64,000 nucleotides of DNA. Origin: Parvibaculum sp. Lineage in GTDB: Bacteria; Pseudomonadota; Alphaproteobacteria; Parvibaculales; Parvibaculaceae. Below are positions 58,796-64,000 of this stretch, piece after piece. Position numbers and translations under genes: made by a program. The stretch lies in the NCBI RefSeq assembly GCF_002694985.1, contig NZ_NZNS01000010.1, one strand, 5' to 3'. The number at the start of each line of letters is the position of its first letter. Position 1 is the first letter of the stretch. Under the pieces are notes generated by a model. That model had not been told where the DNA came from and searched no databases. It saw only the letters and a program-made list of their open reading frames with translations.

Positions 58796-59564
58796 GCTTG
58801 CACGTCCCGCTTATGAAGGCAGTTCCGGCGAAGAACTCGCCTATCTGGTCGAAGCGCCGGAAACACCGTCTCACGGCACCGGCCTCACCTGGCTCGGCGG
58901 CTTCAAGTCCGAAATGACGGGCACAAAGGCCACCGCCCTGGCGGATTGGGCGCGCGCCGCCAACCGTCACCTCCTGCGTTTCGACTATTACGCGCATGGC
59001 GCATCGTCCGGCGATTTCCGCAAGGCCACCATCGGGCGCTGGCTCGACGATGCGCTGGCCGCCATCGACCAGCTCGCGCAAGGCCCGCAAGTGCTGATCG
59101 GTTCCAGCATGGGCGGATGGATGGCGCTGCTCGCCGCGCTGGCGCGGCCCGAGCGCGTGAAAGGCCTCGTTCTCATCGCACCCGCGCCGGACTTCACGCA
59201 GGAACTGATGTGGAAAACATTTTCAGACGAGGTGAGAGAGACGCTCACGCGCGAGGGCGTCTACCGCGAACCCTCCGATTATGACGACGAGCCCTACGAA
59301 ATCACCATGAAGCTGATCGAAGAGGGGCGGAACCATCTCATTCTCGACAAGCCGATCCCGCTCACCTGCCCCGTGCGCATCCTGCAAGGCATGAAAGACC
59401 CGGACGTGCCGTGGCAACATGCGATGCGTCTGGTGGACGCGCTCGACAGTACCGATGTCACCATCAATCTTTCGAAGTCAGGTGATCACCGGCTTTCGAC
59501 GCCGCAAGACATCGCCCGGCTCACGCAGACGCTCGATACGCTGCTCGAAGAGGTCGAGGGATAG
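58770..59564 (+). CDS. Alpha/beta hydrolase
   Basis: Nucleophile elbow GSSMGG and a C-terminal GDHRL. Start trimmed to MTDSPSPRK. Confidence 0.8.
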   Translation: MTDSPSPRKLARPAYEGSSGEELAYLVEAPETPSHGTGLTWLGGFKSEMTGTKATALADWARAANRHLLRFDYYAHGASSGDFRKATIGRWLDDALAAIDQLAQGPQVLIGSSMGGWMALLAALARPERVKGLVLIAPAPDFTQELMWKTFSDEVRETLTREGVYREPSDYDDEPYEITMKLIEEGRNHLILDKPIPLTCPVRILQGMKDPDVPWQHAMRLVDALDSTDVTINLSKSGDHRLSTPQDIARLTQTLDTLLEEVEG

Positions 59565-59574
59565 AGGCAGACGT

Positions 59575-59973
59575 TCAATCCACCTGCGGCAGCATCCGGT
59601 CGGCTTTACGGAAATAGGAGCGCGCGAAGTCGAGCAGTTGTCCGTCGCTTGGATGATCGACTGTCTCAATGCCGATGACATGTTCGGCAATGGCGCCGTG
59701 CTTCTTCTGCAAACGGTTCAGAAAGCCGAGCTTCGCATTGGCGGGACCGACGATAAGAATTTCGCCCGCCCCGGCGAGCTTTTCGGCCACTTCGTCGAAA
59801 AAGGTGCCATCTTCGGATTCGCGCCAGCTTGCCTTGCCCGTGCGCGCCGACTGCTTGCGCGTCGCCTTGTGCTTCACCGTCACCTTGTCGACATTCACAT
59901 CATCGGCATTGAAGTCGAGAATGCGCGCCTCGTGATGGTCGATCCAGACGACGGCGTGGAAATGTTGGGTCAT
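59575..59973 (-). CDS. Conserved hypothetical protein (132 aa; possibly the family annotated as translational machinery protein)
   Basis: MTQHFHAVVWIDHHEARILDF...ILIVGPANAK...VDHPSDGQLL. The family assignment is from memory only. Confidence 0.5.
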   Translation of the reverse strand: MTQHFHAVVWIDHHEARILDFNADDVNVDKVTVKHKATRKQSARTGKASWRESEDGTFFDEVAEKLAGAGEILIVGPANAKLGFLNRLQKKHGAIAEHVIGIETVDHPSDGQLLDFARSYFRKADRMLPQVD

Positions 59974-60058
59974 GCGGCCTCCCTGTGAGTTTCCATCAGT
60001 ATAACTCTCTTGCGCCTCCCTGCGCTGCGGCAGAATGGCCTACGACGAAACGTCCTTC

Positions 60059-60937
60059 TCAAAGCGTCGCGAGCAGCGCCTTCAATCCTTCGCGATAGCT
60101 CGGATAAGCGAGCGTCACGCCAAGTTCCTCATGCATCCTTGCATTGGAGACGCGCCGGGACGCCATGTAGAAGCTCCGCGCCATGGGCGACAAACCGGCT
60201 TCCTCGAAGGGAATTTCGGGCGGCGGGGTACGCCCCAGAAGTTCCGCTGCATAGGCAACGACGACAGGCGCAGGCGCCGGTTCGTCGTCGCAGACATTGT
60301 AGATCGCGCCGGGATTGGGCCTCGCCATCGAGGCTTCGAGCACATTCGCGATATCCTCCACATGGATGCGCGAGAAAACCTGCCCTTCCTTCACGATGCG
60401 CTTTGCCGTGCCGTCGATCACGCCCTGAAGCTGGTTGCGGCGCGGCCCGTAAATTCCCGCAAGACGAAAAATGTGGAGCGGCAACGCGCTTTCCGCCGCG
60501 AGCGCCTGCCATTCGCTCTCCGCTGCGGCGCGGCGGTTGCTTCGCGTCACATTCGGGTCGAGCGGCGTCTCCTCGTTTACCCAGCCGCCCTTGCGGTCGC
60601 CATAGACGCCGGTGGTCGAAAGATAGCCCGCCCATTTTATCTGCGGCGCGATCCGCTTCAGAAGGTCGCGATGCGCCGCGAGAACGGGGTCGCCCGCTTC
60701 TCCCGGCGGGGTCGAGATCAGCAGATGCGTCACGCCCTCAAACGCGCCTTCTGGATCGGCCAGCGGCTTGTCACCGTCGAAAATGAACGGTTCGATGCCT
60801 CCGCCCCTCAGCGTCGAGGCCTTTTCCTCGCTGCGGCAAGTGCCGGCGAGCGCAAAGCCGCGCGCCGCCAGGCGGGCCGCGAAGACCCGCGCGCTGTAGC
60901 CGCAGCCGAAACAGAAGAGCTTTCCTTCATCCGGCAT
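60059..60937 (-). CDS. NAD(P)-binding Rossmann-fold (SDR/epimerase-like) protein
   Basis: N-terminal glycine-rich CFGCGYSA dinucleotide-binding-like motif; 292 aa. Confidence 0.65.
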   Translation of the reverse strand: MPDEGKLFCFGCGYSARVFAARLAARGFALAGTCRSEEKASTLRGGGIEPFIFDGDKPLADPEGAFEGVTHLLISTPPGEAGDPVLAAHRDLLKRIAPQIKWAGYLSTTGVYGDRKGGWVNEETPLDPNVTRSNRRAAAESEWQALAAESALPLHIFRLAGIYGPRRNQLQGVIDGTAKRIVKEGQVFSRIHVEDIANVLEASMARPNPGAIYNVCDDEPAPAPVVVAYAAELLGRTPPPEIPFEEAGLSPMARSFYMASRRVSNARMHEELGVTLAYPSYREGLKALLATL

Positions 60938-61019
60938 CGTTTTCTCTTCCTTTTTTCACTCGCAAAAAAGACGCGGCTTTCACTTGCAAGAAAGAGGCGG
61001 CGGGGTAAGGCTGTGCGCC

Positions 61020-61799
61020 ATGAAAAACCAGATCATGCAGCGCCCCGCTTTCGGCCTTCTTCTCGCATCCGTCCTTCTTCTCGCACCGCTAGCGGCGCGC
61101 GCGCAAGAGACGCAGGCAAGCCCCGAGAATTACGCGGCCTGCACGGCGCTTGTCGAAAGCGATGCCTCGGCGGCGCTCGGCATGGCGAAAACCCTGAAAG
61201 CGCGGGGCGGCGAGGCGGAAGCAGGCGGGACGCATTGCGAGGCGCTGGCGCTGATGAAGCTCGGCCGCGCGGCGGAAGCGGGCGATGCCTTTTTCGATTT
61301 GGCCGAGCGGTTGCTGCGAGCCGACGATGCGCTTCGCTCCGATGTCTATGCGCAGGCGGGCGATGCCTGGGCGCTGGCGGGGGAGTTCAACCCCGCCATC
61401 CGTGCCTATGACAATGCGATCGCGCGCACACCGGACAGCGCCATTTTTTATGAAGGCCGCGCCCGCGTGAAGGCCCTGGCGGAAAAATGGGAAGGTGCGC
61501 GCGACGATGCGGCGGAAGCTCTCGCGATTGAGCCGAATTTCCCCGCTGCCCTGCTGATCCGCGCCGCCGCAAACCGCATACTCGGCTATCCGCGCGCCGC
61601 ACTGGTCGATGCCAACAATGCCGTCAGCCTCAACCCGCACAATCTCGGCGCCCTGCTCGAACGCGGGCTCGTTCACAAGGCGCTGGGCGACATTCCCGCT
61701 GCACGGGCCGACTGGTCTGCGGCGGTGAAATACGCGAAGGCCACGGGCAACGAAGAGGATCCGGCGGCGCTCGCCGCCGCGCATTATCTGAGCCAGTAG
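61020..61799 (+). CDS. Secreted TPR-repeat protein
   Basis: Signal peptide ([18 protein letters not shown]) followed by TPR repeats. Confidence 0.7.
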   Translation: MKNQIMQRPAFGLLLASVLLLAPLAARAQETQASPENYAACTALVESDASAALGMAKTLKARGGEAEAGGTHCEALALMKLGRAAEAGDAFFDLAERLLRADDALRSDVYAQAGDAWALAGEFNPAIRAYDNAIARTPDSAIFYEGRARVKALAEKWEGARDDAAEALAIEPNFPAALLIRAAANRILGYPRAALVDANNAVSLNPHNLGALLERGLVHKALGDIPAARADWSAAVKYAKATGNEEDPAALAAAHYLSQ

Positions 61800-62929
61800 C
61801 GCCACTCGCCGCGCACGGCTTCATCTTCCTCGGCCTGCGCCGACGTCGCCGCTCGCTCGCGCACCTCATCGGGCGCAAGACGTCCAAGCGCCCAGACCGC
61901 CATGGCGCGCACCAGCGGCGACAAATCGTCGAGCAATGCACGCGCTTCTTCCGCCAGTTCCATCTCGCGCGAATTACCGATCGCGATCAGCACATTTCGC
62001 ACAAAGCGGTCGCGCCCTATGCGTTTGACGGGCGAGCCGGAAAACAGCGCCCGGAAAGCCGCATCGTCGAGCCGCGCCAGTTCCGCCAGCAGCGGCGCCT
62101 TCAGTTCCTCTCGCGCATGGAACGCTTCCTCGCGCGTGCGGCTGGCAAACTTGTTCCACGGACAAACGGCCAGGCAATCGTCGCAGCCATAGATGCGATT
62201 GCCCATGGGCGCGCGGAATTCGAGCGGGATATGTCCCTTGTGCTCGATGGTGAGATAGGAAATACAGCGCCGCGCATCGAGTTCATATGGCGCCGGAAAA
62301 GCCTTCGTCGGACAGACATCGAGACAGCGGCTGCATTCGCCGCAACGGTCGTCATGGGCCTCGTCCGCTTCGAGGTCGAGCGTCGTGAAGATCGCGCCGA
62401 GAAAAAACCATGAGCCGAGCTTGCGCGAGACGAGGTTGGTGTGTTTGCCCTGCCAGCCAAGGCCTGCGGCTGCCGCGAAGGGCTTTTCCATCACCGGCGC
62501 GGTGTCGACAAAGACCTTCACATCCGCGCCACTCGTCTCGGCCAGCCAGCGCGCCACCTGCTTCAGCCGCTTCTTCACGAGGTCATGATAATCGCGGTTC
62601 TGCGCATAGACGGAAATCGCCGCGCGGTCGCGATGTTCAAGCGTCTCCAGAGGATCGTTGTCCGGCCCGTAATTCATCGCCAGCATGATCACGGATTTCG
62701 CCTCCGGCCATAATGTACCGGGGTCGGCGCGGCGCGCCGCCGTGTCCGCCATCCAGCCCATCTGCCCGTGACGGCCGAGAGCGAGCCAGCGATCCAGTTT
62801 TGCGGGGAGGTCGGCGCGGGCGTCACTACGCGCGATGCCGATATCGTCGAAGCCCGCCTCTTTCGCGCGGAGGACAAGCGCCTCGCGCAATGCCGCCGGG
62901 CGGCCTGCGTCAGAAGTCGAGATTGGCAT
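61784..62929 (-). CDS. queG: Epoxyqueuosine reductase
   Basis: 4Fe-4S motifs [12 protein letters not shown] and [13 protein letters not shown], plus C-terminal HEAT-like repeats. An alternative TTG start at 62890 would avoid the overlap with the upstream GST gene. Confidence 0.9.
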   Translation of the reverse strand: MPISTSDAGRPAALREALVLRAKEAGFDDIGIARSDARADLPAKLDRWLALGRHGQMGWMADTAARRADPGTLWPEAKSVIMLAMNYGPDNDPLETLEHRDRAAISVYAQNRDYHDLVKKRLKQVARWLAETSGADVKVFVDTAPVMEKPFAAAAGLGWQGKHTNLVSRKLGSWFFLGAIFTTLDLEADEAHDDRCGECSRCLDVCPTKAFPAPYELDARRCISYLTIEHKGHIPLEFRAPMGNRIYGCDDCLAVCPWNKFASRTREEAFHAREELKAPLLAELARLDDAAFRALFSGSPVKRIGRDRFVRNVLIAIGNSREMELAEEARALLDDLSPLVRAMAVWALGRLAPDEVRERAATSAQAEEDEAVRGEWRYWLR

Positions 62930-63590
62930 AGAGTTTCGGCGGCGGCATGCCGGCCACATGGTCCGCGAGGATGCCACGAAAGGCGGGGCGCGACTTGATG
63001 CGCACATACCAGTCCTTCGCGCCCTGATACTGCGCCCAGGGCACATCGCCGATATAGTCGAGGCAGGAGAGATGCGCGGCGGCGGTGAGATCGGCCAGCG
63101 TCAGCACCTCGCCCGCCAGCCAGTTCCGCTCTTCCATCAGGTAGCAGATATAATCGAGATGGTAGCGCAGGTTATGAAGCGCGGCGCGCACCACCGTCAT
63201 GTCGGGCGCACCGCCGCCTTCCGCCGTGCTCAGAAAGCGCCGCGTCACCTTTTCGAAGATCAGCCCGTCCGATACTTCCATCGCGAATTTTCTGTCGAAC
63301 CAGTCGATGAGGCGTCGCACTTCCGCGCGCTCCACCGGCTCTTCGGGCAGGAGCTTCAACTCCGTCGATGTTTCTTCGAGATATTCGCTGATCGGCATCG
63401 AGCCCGAAATCGGTTCGCCGCCCTCTTCCACAAGCACCGGCACCTCGCCCGCCGGGTTCAGCATCAGAAATTCGTCGCGGCGTTCCCAGTCGCGCTCCTC
63501 CACCAGCTCGAAGTCGAGGCCCTTTTCGGCCATGACAAGGCGTACCTTGCGGCAGGCGGGGGAAATCGGCAGATGATAAAGCTGGCGCAT
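62910..63590 (-). CDS. Glutathione S-transferase family protein
   Basis: Start trimmed to [24 protein letters not shown]. Contains NPAGEVPVL. Confidence 0.8.
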   Translation of the reverse strand: MRQLYHLPISPACRKVRLVMAEKGLDFELVEERDWERRDEFLMLNPAGEVPVLVEEGGEPISGSMPISEYLEETSTELKLLPEEPVERAEVRRLIDWFDRKFAMEVSDGLIFEKVTRRFLSTAEGGGAPDMTVVRAALHNLRYHLDYICYLMEERNWLAGEVLTLADLTAAAHLSCLDYIGDVPWAQYQGAKDWYVRIKSRPAFRGILADHVAGMPPPKLYANLDF

Positions 63591-63625
63591 GAAATCGCAG
63601 GGTCCGCAGGCGTTGTTGCTTGTCG

Positions 63626-64000
63626 TTATTTCGTGTCGGTGCCGGACGTGCTGCCGGCCGCCAGTTCCTCGATAATCGGACAGTCGGGCCGGTCGTTGCC
63701 CTGGCATTTATGCATGAGCGTCGAGAGCGTCGCCCGCATGGCGCGCAGGCTCCCGATCTTTTCGTCGATCTCGGCGACATGGGCCGCCGCAATCGCCTTC
63801 ACATCCGCGCTGGAGCGCTTGCGGTCGCGGTAAAGCGCGAGCAGATCGCGGCATTGCGCCACCGTGAACCCCAGCGAACGCGCGCTCGCAAGAAAGCGCA
63901 GCGTATGTACATCCTCATCCGAATAGGCCCGATAACCGTTCGCATTGCGGTCCGCGCTCTCGATCAGCGCGATGTCCTCGTAATAGCGAATGGTCTTGGC
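63626..64000 (-). CDS. cueR: MerR-family Cu(I)-responsive regulator (N-terminus beyond the right edge)
   Basis: My translation reads AKTIRYYEDIALIESADRNANGYRAYSDEDVHTLRFLASARSLGF...HKCQGNDRPDCPI. It ends with the CueR-type C-x7-C metal loop. Confidence 0.8.
   Translation of the reverse strand, partial: AKTIRYYEDIALIESADRNANGYRAYSDEDVHTLRFLASARSLGFTVAQCRDLLALYRDRKRSSADVKAIAAAHVAEIDEKIGSLRAMRATLSTLMHKCQGNDRPDCPIIEELAAGSTSGTDTK

Noticed and set aside
1-64000. CRISPR arrays, prophage modules, toxin-antitoxin pairs, retron/DGR-like reverse transcriptases, restriction-modification or other defence islands.
   Set aside because: I noticed no regularly spaced repeats, no phage structural or integrase genes beyond the recombinase relic, and no small adjacent ORF pairs of TA type. 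Their absence rests on reading by eye, not on a computed repeat search.

Overview
High-GC (about 60-65% by hand spot counts) alphaproteobacterial, Rhizobiales-like chromosomal segment. Most of it is conserved housekeeping: fmt-def, rmuC, an alanine/cation symporter, recR-ybaB-dnaX-ffs, nudC, pheA-kdsB with divergent cycM, a yejA-yejA-yejB-yejE-yejF peptide ABC importer, a MarR + SH3/NlpC-P60 + M17 peptidase group, lepA, pheT-pheS-rplT-rpmI, infC, queG and cueR. The main accessory content is a complete Tad/Cpa (Flp, type IVc) pilus locus at about 24.9-39.3 kb. It contains a TadD-like TPR lipoprotein, tadC-tadB-cpaF-cpaE-cpaD-cpaC-cpaB-cpaA, a flp pilin, an embedded Crp/Fnr-like regulator, a secretin-N-domain protein, TadG-vWA and two TadE-like pseudopilins. 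Its GC content is visibly lower (about 52-57% in spot counts). Two perfect CtrA-type TTAA-N7-TTAA boxes sit in its regulatory gaps. Directly after the last pseudopilin gene lies a 4.4 kb islet with an EmrB-type MFS pump, an EmrA/HlyD adaptor, MarR, a universal stress protein and a truncated large-serine-recombinase remnant. The islet is bracketed by about 150-bp, about 92%-identical direct repeats that duplicate the 3-prime end of that pseudopilin gene, and it abuts tRNA-Ser(GGA). A second accessory block (51.8-56.4 kb) separates rpmI-rplT from infC. It holds a VOC-gene remnant, an I78 inhibitor lipoprotein, MarR, an LLM oxidoreductase, a small basic ORF and a glycerophosphodiesterase. I found no CRISPR array, prophage, toxin-antitoxin pair or recognisable defence system, and I cannot honestly point to a wholly new multi-gene system. 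The most interesting leads are the repeat-bracketed islet, possible CtrA plus Crp-like control of the Tad locus, the tandem YejA receptors, and a few uncharacterised small ORFs. All family assignments come from motif recognition by eye, not from database searches.
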